Source: Candidatus Rokuibacteriota bacterium (GTDB lineage Bacteria > Methylomirabilota > Methylomirabilia > Rokubacteriales > CSP1-6). Taken from it: DNA of 13,377 nt. Where the stretch lies: contig JACPCX010000153.1 in the NCBI GenBank assembly GCA_016184305.1, positions 1 to 13,377 of the forward strand, given 5' to 3'. How positions within the stretch are numbered: position 1 is the stretch's first letter; every line of letters starts with the position of its first letter. The translations under genes and the position numbers were made by a program. The notes under the pieces were generated by a model. It was not told where the DNA came from and ran no database searches. It saw nothing but the letters and a program-made list of their open reading frames with translations. This document shows positions 1 through 10,985 of the stretch, piece by piece.

Positions 1-2576
<2,576 letters not shown>

Positions 2577-2587
2577 ACCCGTCACGT

Positions 2588-2593
2588 ATCTTA
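2588..2593 (-). promoter_or_regulatory. Candidate sigma70-type -10 hexamer (TAAGAT) for secA
   Basis: AT-rich TAAGAT in the 43-bp recN-secA gap, 11 nt before the ATG; no convincing -35 and no Shine-Dalgarno. Confidence 0.4.
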
Positions 2594-2619
2594 CACCATC
2601 ACCCGGGGAGGACAGGCGG

Positions 2620-4332
2620 TCACACGGAACGGCGGCCGTCGCGGAGCAGCTCGCGGGCGTGCCGGCGCGTCGCCTCGGAGATGCGCTCGCCGCCCAGCAT
2701 CCGGGCCAGCTCGTCGACGCGCCGGGCGCCATCCAGTGCCGCCACCGTGGTGCGCGTCACCCCGCGCCCGATCCGCTTCTCCACCACCAGGTGGTGCTCG
2801 GCGTGGGCCGCGATGGGTGCGAGGTGGGTCACGCAGAACACCTGGCGGCCGCCGGCAGTCTGGCGGAGCTTCTGCCCGACCACGTCGGCCACTCGCCCAC
2901 CGATCCCGGCGTCCACCTCGTCGAACACCATGGTCGGCATCTCGTCCGCGGCCGCCAGGATCGTCTTGATGGCAAGCATGGTGCGCGACAGCTCCCCGCC
3001 GGACACCACCTTCGCGAGGGGCTTGAGCTCCTCGCCAGGATTGGCCGAGAGCAAGAACTCCACGACATCGGCGCCTCGCGGCCCCACCCGCCACCCGGCC
3101 TCGCCGCAGCCGAGCTCCTCGGGTCCCGCGAGGTCGTGGCGGACCGCGACGCGGAACCGCGCGTGCTCCATCCCAAGCTCCCGCAGCTCCTTCTGGATCA
3201 GGCGCTCGAGGCGCCCTGCCGCCTCCGCGCGCGCTTCAGAGAGGGCGCGCGCCTCGCTCGCGGCCTCCTGCGCGAGCCCGCCCAGCCGCCGATCGAGCGC
3301 CGCCGCGAGATCCTCGTGCCGGTCGAGCCGATCGAGCACACCGGCGATCTCCTCGCGATACGCGCGCATGGCCGCCACGGTGTCCCCGTACTTTCGCCGC
3401 AGCTTTGCGAGGGCGTCCAGCCGCTCGTCGATCTCCTCCATCCGCCCCGGATCGAACGGGGCGCGGTCCCGCCGCCCACGCGTGCGCCCCACGGCCTCCT
3501 CCAGATACGCCTCGGCCTCCCGAAGAGCCTCCGCCGGGGCCGCCAGCTCCGGGTCGAAGGCAGACAGGTCCCGAAGCAGCGTGGCCGCCTGGCGGAGTCG
3601 CGCCGCGGCGGACTCCCCGTCTTCGTAGAGCAGCGCCATGATCTCCCCGAGGCCGGAGGCGATACGCCCGGCGTGCTGCAGTCGCCGCCCCTCCGCCCGG
3701 AGCTCGTCCTCCTCGCCCTCCCGGGGACGGACCGCGTCGATCTCGGAGAGCTGGAAGCGGTAGAGCTCCTCCTGGCGAACCCGCTCCCGGCCTTCCTCCC
3801 GCAGGCTCGCGACATCGTGTCGCGTCGCGTCCCAGCGCCCCACGAGCTCGGCGAGGCGATCGCGCCGCTCCTCGCACCCGGCAAAGCGATCGAGCAGCAG
3901 GAGCTGGCGGGCCGGCTCCATGAGCCGCTGGTGCTCGTGCTGGCCGTGGAGCTCCACCAGCGCGTCCCCCAACCGCTCCAGGAGCCCCACCGTGGCGGGA
4001 GCGTCATTGACGAACACGCGGTGCCGGCCGGACCGTGCCATCTCCCGCTTGATCACGAGCTGGCCGCCCAGCAGCGCATGGCCGGCTGCCTCGAGGATCC
4101 CCGCCACCGGGCTGCCGGGCGCCGGCTCGAAGAGCGCTTCCACCACCGCCGACTCCGCGCCGGATCGGATGAGGTCGGGCTGCGCGCGTGCGCCGATGAT
4201 TAGCAAGAGGGCATCAATGACGATGGACTTGCCCGCGCCCGTCTCGCCGGAGAGCACGTTGAGGCCCGGGCCGAATGGCACCGTCACCTCCTCGATGACG
4301 GCAAGGTTGCGAAGCCGGAGCTCGGTCAGCAT
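2620..4332 (-). CDS. recN: DNA repair protein RecN (SMC-like ATPase), 570 aa
   Basis: [14 protein letters not shown] start, Walker [10 protein letters not shown]-loop LHGQHEHQ, long coiled coil, SANPGE, signature SGGE, Walker B FDEVD, VTHL; usual position downstream of NAD kinase. Confidence 0.97.
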   Translation of the reverse strand: MLTELRLRNLAVIEEVTVPFGPGLNVLSGETGAGKSIVIDALLLIIGARAQPDLIRSGAESAVVEALFEPAPGSPVAGILEAAGHALLGGQLVIKREMARSGRHRVFVNDAPATVGLLERLGDALVELHGQHEHQRLMEPARQLLLLDRFAGCEERRDRLAELVGRWDATRHDVASLREEGRERVRQEELYRFQLSEIDAVRPREGEEDELRAEGRRLQHAGRIASGLGEIMALLYEDGESAAARLRQAATLLRDLSAFDPELAAPAEALREAEAYLEEAVGRTRGRRDRAPFDPGRMEEIDERLDALAKLRRKYGDTVAAMRAYREEIAGVLDRLDRHEDLAAALDRRLGGLAQEAASEARALSEARAEAAGRLERLIQKELRELGMEHARFRVAVRHDLAGPEELGCGEAGWRVGPRGADVVEFLLSANPGEELKPLAKVVSGGELSRTMLAIKTILAAADEMPTMVFDEVDAGIGGRVADVVGQKLRQTAGGRQVFCVTHLAPIAAHAEHHLVVEKRIGRGVTRTTVAALDGARRVDELARMLGGERISEATRRHARELLRDGRRSV

Positions 4333-4344
4333 GGTGCCGGGGCC

Positions 4345-4373
4345 ATGCTACGACCGGCCGGGGCCGCCGGCAA
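4345..4373 (-). promoter_or_regulatory. Candidate sigma70 promoter for recN: TTGCCG-N17-TAGCAT
   Basis: -35 at 4368-4373, exact 17-nt spacer, -10 at 4345-4350, 12 nt before the recN ATG; no Shine-Dalgarno. Confidence 0.55.
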
Positions 4374-4405
4374 CGCGTATCCGCTCACGGACAGGCCGCG
4401 CTCGC

Positions 4406-4618
4406 CTAGCAGGCTGCTGAAAAAGGCCCATCTGCTTCGTTGGCGCCCTCAGCCGCACGCTCAACGTGGCTCGCTCACGCTCGCCCGGATCTCGGGATCC
4501 GCTCACCTCGCCTCCGGCTCGGCTCGCCAAGCGGAGTACGCCTCGCGTGCGGCCCTCGGGCGCCGCCTTGCATCTGGGCCTTTTTGAGCAGCCTGCGGGT
4601 TTTTCAGCAACCTGCTGG
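4406..4618. mobile_element. Non-coding MITE/REP-like palindromic element with terminal inverted repeats
   Basis: Left end GCAGGCTGCTGAAAAAGGCCCA (4409-4430) matches the reverse complement of 4575-4596 at 21/22. A second right end TTTTTCAGCAACCTGCT (4600-4616) matches 4408-4424 at 16/17. CTAG at 4406-4409 and CTGG at 4615-4618. Inner stems 4442-4448/4558-4564 and 4452-4460/4545-4553. No transposase in the window. Confidence 0.75.
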
Positions 4619-4642
4619 CGGGCGGCGGAAACACTCCGCAGG

Positions 4643-5500
4643 CTAGCGCTCGCCCCACTTGAGCTTGGTCCGGAGCACCGAGAAGAAGTGCTTCTGGGGG
4701 AACCGGACGAGGCGCGTGCGGGCGGCCGCCTGGCGGACCTCGACGGCATCACCCCGCTTGAGCGCGAAGCCCACCTGGCCGTCCAGGGTCAACATCACGT
4801 CCTGATCGGAGAGGAGCGTCACGTCGATCCGGAGGCGGGATGGCAGCACGATGGGCCGGTTCGTGAGCGTGTGGGAGCAGATGGGCGTGAGCACCACCGC
4901 GTCCATCGTCGAGAAGACGATGGGTCCGCCCGCCGAGAGGCAGTACGCCGTGGATCCCGTCGGCGTGGAGATGATCAGGCCGTCGGCCCGATAGCCGGTG
5001 GCGAACTCCCCTTCCACCGAGACCTCGAGGTTGATGATGCGGCTCATGGCCGACTTGGTGATCACCACGTCGTTCAGGGCCACGTACTCGGACAGGCGCT
5101 CCCCCTGCCGCGAGACGCGGGCCGACAGCATCATCCGCTCCTCGATCACCAGCTCGTCGCGCCGGAGAGCCTCGAGCGCCGGGAAGAGCTCGTCCACGGT
5201 GAGGGCCGTGAGAAAGCCGAGGCCCCCCAGGTTCACGCCCAGGATCGGCACGCCGAGGTCCCCCACGAGCCGGGCCACGGACAGCAGCGTCCCGTCCCCC
5301 CCCAGGACGACCAGGAGATCGACCTGGGCGGGGAGCTCCGGCTTCGCCACGGCGTGAGCGCCGGCATCCGGGCACAGCGCCGCCGTCTCCTTCTCCAGGA
5401 CCGGCGCCAGTCCACGCTCCGCGCACCACTGGAGCAGGCGCGGGACCACGACCCCCGCTTCTCGCCGGTCCACCTTGGCCACGATGCCGATGCGCTTCAC
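4643..5500 (-). CDS. nadK: NAD(+) kinase, 285 aa
   Basis: GGDGT motif, GVNLGGLGFL, ALNDVVI, ADGLIISTPTGSTAY, TPICSHTL. Start assigned to GTG at 5500 (VKRIGIVAK), overlapping the tlyA stop as GTGA, with GAGGA upstream. The ORF-track extension to 6043 overlaps tlyA. Confidence 0.95.
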   Translation of the reverse strand: MKRIGIVAKVDRREAGVVVPRLLQWCAERGLAPVLEKETAALCPDAGAHAVAKPELPAQVDLLVVLGGDGTLLSVARLVGDLGVPILGVNLGGLGFLTALTVDELFPALEALRRDELVIEERMMLSARVSRQGERLSEYVALNDVVITKSAMSRIINLEVSVEGEFATGYRADGLIISTPTGSTAYCLSAGGPIVFSTMDAVVLTPICSHTLTNRPIVLPSRLRIDVTLLSDQDVMLTLDGQVGFALKRGDAVEVRQAAARTRLVRFPQKHFFSVLRTKLKWGER

Positions 5501-6345
5501 GCGGGTTCCTCGCCCACCACGCGGTCGATACGGGTCAGGAGATCGCTGACCGTCCGTCCCGTGCGTGCCAGGTGCAGGAAGAATTCGCGGTTGCCCTTCA
5601 GTCCTCTGAGCGGGGAGGCCGTGATTCCTCGGACATGCCAGCCGTGGAGGACGGCGAAGCGGGCCACCCGCTCGATCACCGTCCGGTGCTGGGCCGGGTC
5701 GCGCACGACGCCGCCCTTGCCGACGAGCCCCTTCCCCACCTCGAACTGCGGTTTCACGAGGGCCACGACCTCTCCGTCCACGGTCAGCGAGCCGAACACG
5801 GGAGGCAGCACCTTCTCCAGCGAGATGAACGACACGTCCACCGTCGCCAGCCCCAGGGCCTCGGGGAACGCCCCGGGCGTGAGCGTCCGGGCGTTGACCC
5901 GCTCCATGACGATCACCCGGGCGTCCGCCCTGAGGCTCTGGTCGAGCTGCCCGTGCCCCACGTCCACCGCGTACACGCGCCCTGCTCCGCGCTCGAGCAG
6001 ACAGTGCGTGAACCCCCCGGTGGAGGCGCCGACGTCGAGACACACCCGCTTCTCGGTGGCGATGCCGAAGGCGTCGAGGGCGGGGGCCAGCTTGTCGCCG
6101 CCGCGGCTCACGAAGCGAGGCTTCGCCGCCACCTCCAGCGTTGCGGCAGCGGTGACTACCGCGCCGGCCTTGTCCACCCGCCGACCATCCACCATCACCG
6201 CTCCCGCGAGGATGAGCCGCGTGGCCTTCTCCCGGCTCGTCGCAAGGCCGCGCTGCACGAGCGCGTTGTCCAGGCGCTCCCTGGCAGTCCGGCCAGCATC
6301 GCGCCCCGGGGCGCTCGGCACCCTCGCCACCCTCTCTCGCTTCAC
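5497..6345 (-). CDS. tlyA: TlyA-family rRNA 2'-O-methyltransferase (S4 + FtsJ-like domain), about 282 aa
   Basis: ERLDNALVQRGL...SREKA (S4), FVSRGGDKL, LDVGASTGGFT, VYAVDVGHGQL, DVSFISL, LVKPQFE, GNREF. Start placed at GTG 6345 (GTGA overlap with the upstream stop, AAGGGG upstream); ATG at 6363 is an alternative. Confidence 0.95.
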   Translation of the reverse strand: MKRERVARVPSAPGRDAGRTARERLDNALVQRGLATSREKATRLILAGAVMVDGRRVDKAGAVVTAAATLEVAAKPRFVSRGGDKLAPALDAFGIATEKRVCLDVGASTGGFTHCLLERGAGRVYAVDVGHGQLDQSLRADARVIVMERVNARTLTPGAFPEALGLATVDVSFISLEKVLPPVFGSLTVDGEVVALVKPQFEVGKGLVGKGGVVRDPAQHRTVIERVARFAVLHGWHVRGITASPLRGLKGNREFFLHLARTGRTVSDLLTRIDRVVGEEPA

Positions 6346-8849
6346 GCGGTCCCCTTTCTCCATCCGTCGATGCGCTCCCGGTACTCCTCGGCCAGCACGC
6401 GCGCCCGGTCGCGATCCACCGACTCGGCCACCACGTGAAAGCAGGCCCGGTCGGCGTCGGGAATCGCCGCGACCCACTCCTCGCCCCGCGTGAGCCGCAC
6501 GCCCTCGATCAGCTCCACGTCGTCGCCCTTCGTGGCCTCGATGAGGCGGCGCATGACGGCACCCTTGCGCTCGTCCGGGCACGGCACCTCCACGCGCACC
6601 ACGTGGGTCTCTGGCACGGCCCGCGTGAGCTGGTGAAGCCGCACGTCCAGCCGCGCCATCATCTCGAGGATCGTGACGACGGCGGCCATGCCGTCGAAGG
6701 CCGGCTGGAAGCGCGGGAAGATCAGCCCGCCCTTCTCCTCCCCGACGAGCACCACGTCGCTGCCGAGCGCGGCCTCGGTCAGGGCGCGCAGTGTGCCCCG
6801 CGACCGGGTGACCGTGAAGCCGTGCTCCGCTGCGAGGCGCTCGACGGAGCGCGAGGCGGTGACGGGGACCACGATGCGGCCCCCCGGCTGTGTCCGCATC
6901 ACGAGAAGCGAGACCAGCGCCAGCGTCAGATCACCGGCGAGGATCTCGCCCTTCTCGTCCACCAGGAAGACCTTCTCGCCGCCAGTGTCCAGCAGGACGC
7001 CGAGGTCGGCCCCCAGCGTGCGCACGATGTTGGACAGCTGGGTGAGTGAACGCTGGAACTCCTCCGCGGTCTTCGAGATCCGGCGCTCGTCCAGATAGGC
7101 GTTCAGCGAGATGACGTCGACGCCGAGCGCACCCAGCACGCCGGGGAAGATCGACGAGGCCGACCCGAAGGCGTAGTCGAGCACCATTCTCAGGCCGGCC
7201 CGGCGCACGAGGTCCGCGTCCACCGACTTCAGGAGTCCGTCCCGGTACCGGTCGGTGCCTGCGTGTGGGAACGTCAGGAGGCCGGTCTCCTCCGTCGGGG
7301 CCCGGTAGAAGTCCTCGGTGAAGAAGAGCCGCTCCACCGCCTTCTCGCGATCAGGAGCGCACTCGATGCCTCGCCCATCGAAGAACTTCACGTCGATGAG
7401 CTCGGGGTCGTACGGGGACTTCCGGACATGGGTGCCACCCGCCAGGCCAAGGGACGAGATCTGATACCGCACCACCGGTACGGGCGCCACACCGAGGTCC
7501 TGCACATCCACGCCCACCGACAGCAGCCCCGCCATCAGCGCCCGGTTGATCATCCGCGAGGCCTTGTGGTGATCGCGGCTCGTGAGGACGACTCGCCGCC
7601 GCCCCAGCGTCGAGCCGTACGCAGCGCCGAGCTTGGCCGCGAACTCGGGAGAGATCTCGATGTTCGCCAGCCCCGACACCCCGTAGGGACCGAAGATCGA
7701 CCGGCTCCAGCGCTCGCCCCAGACGAGGCTCGTGGCCAGCGTTGCGCCGTCCTCCACTTCCTTGTACGGCCAGACCTTGGCGTTGGCCTTGATGACGCTC
7801 GACTCGCCGATCTTGCAGAAGTCGCCGACCACCACCCCCTCGGCGAGGAAGGCGTTGGCTCCGATGGCCGCCTTCCGGCAGACGATGGCTTCCTTGATGG
7901 TCGCCCCGGGCCCGACCTGAACGTCCGCCCAGAGCACGCTCCCCTCGATGTCAGCCCCTGTCTGGATCACCGAGCCGGCGCCGATGACGCAGTTGGCGAG
8001 GCGTGCCCCGGGCGCCACCTGGACCCCTCGCCCGAGGATGACCGACCCCGAGAGCTTCGCGGTGTAGTCCACACGCGCCCCCTCGTCGAGCCACACCGTG
8101 TGGCCGGTGCCCTCGTGACGGGTCCCGGCGATGTCCACGCCCACCACGCCCTGAAGCAGGTCGATGTGGGCCTTCCGGTACTCGCTGAGGTCGCCCACGT
8201 CCCGCCAGTACCCCTCCGCCACGTGGCCGTAGAGCGGGCGCCCCGAGGCCAGGAGCGCAGGGAAGAGCTCCTTGCCGAAGTCATACGGTCGTCCGGAAGG
8301 TACGGCGGCGAGGGCGGCCGGCTGGAGGACGTAGATACCGGTGTTGATCGTGTCGCTGAACACCTCGCCCCACGTCGGCTTCTCGAGGAACCGGATCACG
8401 CGCCCGGCTGGATCGGTGATGACGATGCCGTAGGCGAGCGGCGACTCCACGCGGGTCAGGACCATCGTGGCCTCGGCGGCGCAATCCCGGTGGAAGGCCA
8501 CCGCGGCGGCGAGATCGAAGTCCGTGATCACGTCGCCGGACGTGACGAGCACGGGCTCCGCGAGCTCCCCGGCGGCGAACTTCACGGCTCCGGCCGTGCC
8601 GAGGTCGGCCGTGGGAGTCACGTAGCTCATCCGGACGCCCCAGGGTGCGCCGTCGCCGAAGTGAGCGATGATGGTCTCCGGCAGGAAGTACAGGAGGACG
8701 ACCAGATCGGTGAAGCCGTGCCGCTGCAGCAGCCGCACCGTGTGTTCCATGATCGGCACGTTTCCGATCGGCACCAGCGGCTTGGGGAGATGGGTCGTGA
8801 GCGGGCGCAGCCGCGTCCCGAACCCCCCCGCCATGATCACTGCCTTCAT
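6342..8849 (-). CDS. Sugar-phosphate nucleotidyltransferase (mannose-1-phosphate guanylyltransferase-like) fused to hexapeptide repeats and a phosphoglucomutase/phosphomannomutase-like region, 835 aa
   Basis: MKAVIMAGGFGTRLRPLT..PKPL, GTAGAV, FLEKP, INTGIY, YWRDVG; beta-helix hexapeptide stretch; then IFGPYGVSG, SRDHH, LDYAFGSAS, GEEKGG, DG-type mutase fold motifs. AGGAG Shine-Dalgarno at 8856-8860. Confidence 0.9.
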   Translation of the reverse strand: MKAVIMAGGFGTRLRPLTTHLPKPLVPIGNVPIMEHTVRLLQRHGFTDLVVLLYFLPETIIAHFGDGAPWGVRMSYVTPTADLGTAGAVKFAAGELAEPVLVTSGDVITDFDLAAAVAFHRDCAAEATMVLTRVESPLAYGIVITDPAGRVIRFLEKPTWGEVFSDTINTGIYVLQPAALAAVPSGRPYDFGKELFPALLASGRPLYGHVAEGYWRDVGDLSEYRKAHIDLLQGVVGVDIAGTRHEGTGHTVWLDEGARVDYTAKLSGSVILGRGVQVAPGARLANCVIGAGSVIQTGADIEGSVLWADVQVGPGATIKEAIVCRKAAIGANAFLAEGVVVGDFCKIGESSVIKANAKVWPYKEVEDGATLATSLVWGERWSRSIFGPYGVSGLANIEISPEFAAKLGAAYGSTLGRRRVVLTSRDHHKASRMINRALMAGLLSVGVDVQDLGVAPVPVVRYQISSLGLAGGTHVRKSPYDPELIDVKFFDGRGIECAPDREKAVERLFFTEDFYRAPTEETGLLTFPHAGTDRYRDGLLKSVDADLVRRAGLRMVLDYAFGSASSIFPGVLGALGVDVISLNAYLDERRISKTAEEFQRSLTQLSNIVRTLGADLGVLLDTGGEKVFLVDEKGEILAGDLTLALVSLLVMRTQPGGRIVVPVTASRSVERLAAEHGFTVTRSRGTLRALTEAALGSDVVLVGEEKGGLIFPRFQPAFDGMAAVVTILEMMARLDVRLHQLTRAVPETHVVRVEVPCPDERKGAVMRRLIEATKGDDVELIEGVRLTRGEEWVAAIPDADRACFHVVAESVDRDRARVLAEEYRERIDGWRKGTA

Positions 8850-8855
8850 TCGCGG

Positions 8856-8905
8856 CTCCTCACTGCGGCTTCTCGCGGGCCCTGAGCGCGGCGTCTGTCA
8901 GTATA
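8856..8905 (-). promoter_or_regulatory. Candidate -10 (TATACT, 8900-8905) and RBS (AGGAG, 8856-8860) for the fusion gene-tlyA-nadK unit
   Basis: Near-consensus -10 in a GC-rich 81-bp intergenic gap; RBS 6 nt before the ATG; -35 not evident. Confidence 0.55.
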
Positions 8906-8930
8906 GCGGAAAGGCCTCGGGGCCGAGAAA

Positions 8931-9653
8931 CTACCGCCAGCGGGAGGCCCCGCGCGGACGCATCACGAAGAGCAGCCCCATCCCGGCCAGGAAGCCTCCG
9001 ATATGGGCGAACCAGGCGACGCCCCCGCCTGCGCCCTGGCCCCTGGCCGCCGCCACGCCCACCGACAGGAACCCGTTCAGGAGCTGCACCACGATCCAGA
9101 AGCCCAGCACGAACAGCGCAGGGATGCGCACGAGGCGGATGAAGAATCCGAAGGTGACGAGCGTCAGCACGTTGGCATGGGGGAAGAGGAGCAGGTAGGC
9201 CCCGAGCACTCCCGACACGGCGCCGCTGGCCCCGATCATCGGGACGGTCGAGCCCGGGCCCGTCAGCGTCTGCGCGAGCGCGGCGGCCACGCCGCTCAGG
9301 AGGTAGAACGCGAGGAAGCGCCCGTGGCCCAGGGTGTCCTCCACGTTGTTGCCGAAGATCCACAGATAGAGCATGTTGCCTCCGACGTGGAAGAGGCCCC
9401 CGTGAAGGAACATGGAGGTGAAGACGGTCAGGAACGGTGAGGGCATCCCGAGCGCGTCCCGGCATTGCCCGGTCAGCCGGCACGGGATCAGCCCGAACTC
9501 GAGGACGAGCTCCTGCGCGGCGCGGCCACCGCCCCCGGGCCCCTCACCGCTCAGGGAGAACTGATACATGAAGGCAAGAATGTTCATCGCAATCAACCCC
9601 ACCGTCACCACCGGGACGGAGCCACTGGGGATGTCGTCCTTGAGCGGAAGCAT
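8931..9653 (-). CDS. Rhomboid-family intramembrane serine protease, 240 aa
   Basis: TSMFLHGGLFHVGGNMLYLWIFGNNVED, catalytic GASG, AHIGGF histidine, multiple hydrophobic helices. Confidence 0.95.
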   Translation of the reverse strand: MLPLKDDIPSGSVPVVTVGLIAMNILAFMYQFSLSGEGPGGGGRAAQELVLEFGLIPCRLTGQCRDALGMPSPFLTVFTSMFLHGGLFHVGGNMLYLWIFGNNVEDTLGHGRFLAFYLLSGVAAALAQTLTGPGSTVPMIGASGAVSGVLGAYLLLFPHANVLTLVTFGFFIRLVRIPALFVLGFWIVVQLLNGFLSVGVAAARGQGAGGGVAWFAHIGGFLAGMGLLFVMRPRGASRWR

Positions 9654-9677
9654 CGGCCTGCCCCGGAGCGCTCGGCG

Positions 9678-10985
9678 CTACTGCCCGGGCGGCCGGAGGC
9701 TCACGACCGTCGGCAACCCCAGATACGCCCGCGCCACTCGCTGCACGTCCTCGGCGGTGATGGCCTGCACCGCCCGAACGTAGCGCTCGACGAAATCGTG
9801 GCCCACCCCGGCAGACTCGAAGAAGGCCTGATACCACGCCAGTCGCGCGTTGGTGCGGCGGTCCAGGGCGAACTGCCCGAGCAGGTATGTCCTGGCGCGC
9901 GCCACTTCCTCGGCGCCGAGTGCCTCGCGTCCCAGTCGCGCGAGCTCCTTTCGGATGCCCTCTTCAGCCTTCTCGGCGTTCGCCGGAGCCGTTCCGAGAT
10001 ACGCCACCAGCACACCCCGTCCCACGCGTGAGGGGTAGAAGGCGCCCGTGGAGTAGGCGAGGCCCTGCTTGTCGCGAAGCTCCCTGAAGAGTCGGCCCGC
10101 CATGCCGCCGCCGAGGGCCGTCGAGAGCACCTTCATGGCGGCGTAGTCCGGGTGGCTGAGGGGCGGGGCGAGCACGCCGACCAGCACCTGCGCCTGCGCG
10201 GCCGGGTGGGTCACGATCGTGCGCTCCGCTGCCGTGGGGGCGACCGGCGCCGCTGCGGCAGCTTCCCCCTCACCGGCAGGCATCGACGCAAACAGCCGCG
10301 CGATCTCGGCCGCGACCTCGCGTGCCGCCACCTGCCCGCTCACCGACACCACAGTACGGCCGGCGCGATAATGCTGCCGGTAGTGCTCCAGCAGATCCTC
10401 GCGGCCGAGCCGCGCCACCACCTCGCGCCGGCCCAGGCTCGGCAGGGCATACGGATGCCCTCGGTAGACGTGTTCCATGAGCGTTTCCAGCGCGCGCTGG
10501 AACGGCTGGTCCGTCCGGCTGCGGATAGCGCTCAGGACGACACGGCGCTCCCCCTCGATCTCGGATGCGGCCAGGGCGGGACGGAGAGCGATGTCGGCCA
10601 CGAGCTCCAGCAGCTCTCGCCAGTGCCGCGCCAGCGCGCTGCCCCGGATCTCGGAGAAATCCGTCTCGGCCGAGGCGCTCACGCTTCCGCCGATCCCTTC
10701 GGCCGTCTCGGCGATCTCGAGTGCCCTCCGGCGCTCCGTGCCCTTCACCATGACCTGCTGCAGGAGGTTGGTGATGCCCGAGCTCGCCGGACGCTCCCAC
10801 CCCGATCCCACCCGCACGAGCAGGGAGACCGCCACGACCGGGGCAGCGGGGTTCTCGCGCACGAGAATCGTCAGTCCGCTCGGCAGACGCTGCCGCAAAA
10901 CCGGGATCTCCTCCGTCCCGCCTGCCGGGGTGGAAGCCAGCAGGATCGCCGACAGGGCATACCCGGTGAGGCACCCCTTCTTCAC
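9678..10985 (-). CDS. M16B peptidase-family protein, non-catalytic subunit with probable signal peptide, 435 aa
   Basis: RLPSGLTILV M16 start; HxxEH position reads NLLQQ (GITNLLQQVMVKGT); keeps RLFRELRDKQGLAYS R/Y motif; N-terminus MKKGCLTGYALSAILLASTPAGG; GTG start overlaps the upstream stop (GTGA). Confidence 0.9.
   Translation of the reverse strand: MKKGCLTGYALSAILLASTPAGGTEEIPVLRQRLPSGLTILVRENPAAPVVAVSLLVRVGSGWERPASSGITNLLQQVMVKGTERRRALEIAETAEGIGGSVSASAETDFSEIRGSALARHWRELLELVADIALRPALAASEIEGERRVVLSAIRSRTDQPFQRALETLMEHVYRGHPYALPSLGRREVVARLGREDLLEHYRQHYRAGRTVVSVSGQVAAREVAAEIARLFASMPAGEGEAAAAAPVAPTAAERTIVTHPAAQAQVLVGVLAPPLSHPDYAAMKVLSTALGGGMAGRLFRELRDKQGLAYSTGAFYPSRVGRGVLVAYLGTAPANAEKAEEGIRKELARLGREALGAEEVARARTYLLGQFALDRRTNARLAWYQAFFESAGVGHDFVERYVRAVQAITAEDVQRVARAYLGLPTVVSLRPPGQ

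Noticed and set aside
4333..4405. LexA/SOS box upstream of recN
   Set aside because: No CTGT-N8-ACAG or GAAC-N4-GTTC match found; an unknown lineage-specific box cannot be excluded.
4409..4616. Element read as an intrinsic terminator, tRNA or known riboswitch
   Set aside because: The T-runs lie inside the paired arms rather than after a short stem; no cloverleaf or recognisable aptamer.
4345..4752. Small ORFs across the nadK-recN gap
   Set aside because: They read through the palindromic element, lack an RBS and have no protein-like features.
5501..6043. N-terminal extension of NAD kinase in the ORF track (and tlyA extension to 6582)
   Set aside because: Both overlap the upstream gene in another frame; GTGA-coupled starts at 5500 and 6345 give normal lengths.
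8916..8927. Small inverted repeat after the rhomboid stop as a terminator
   Set aside because: Stem of only 4-5 bp and a short T tract; too weak to call.
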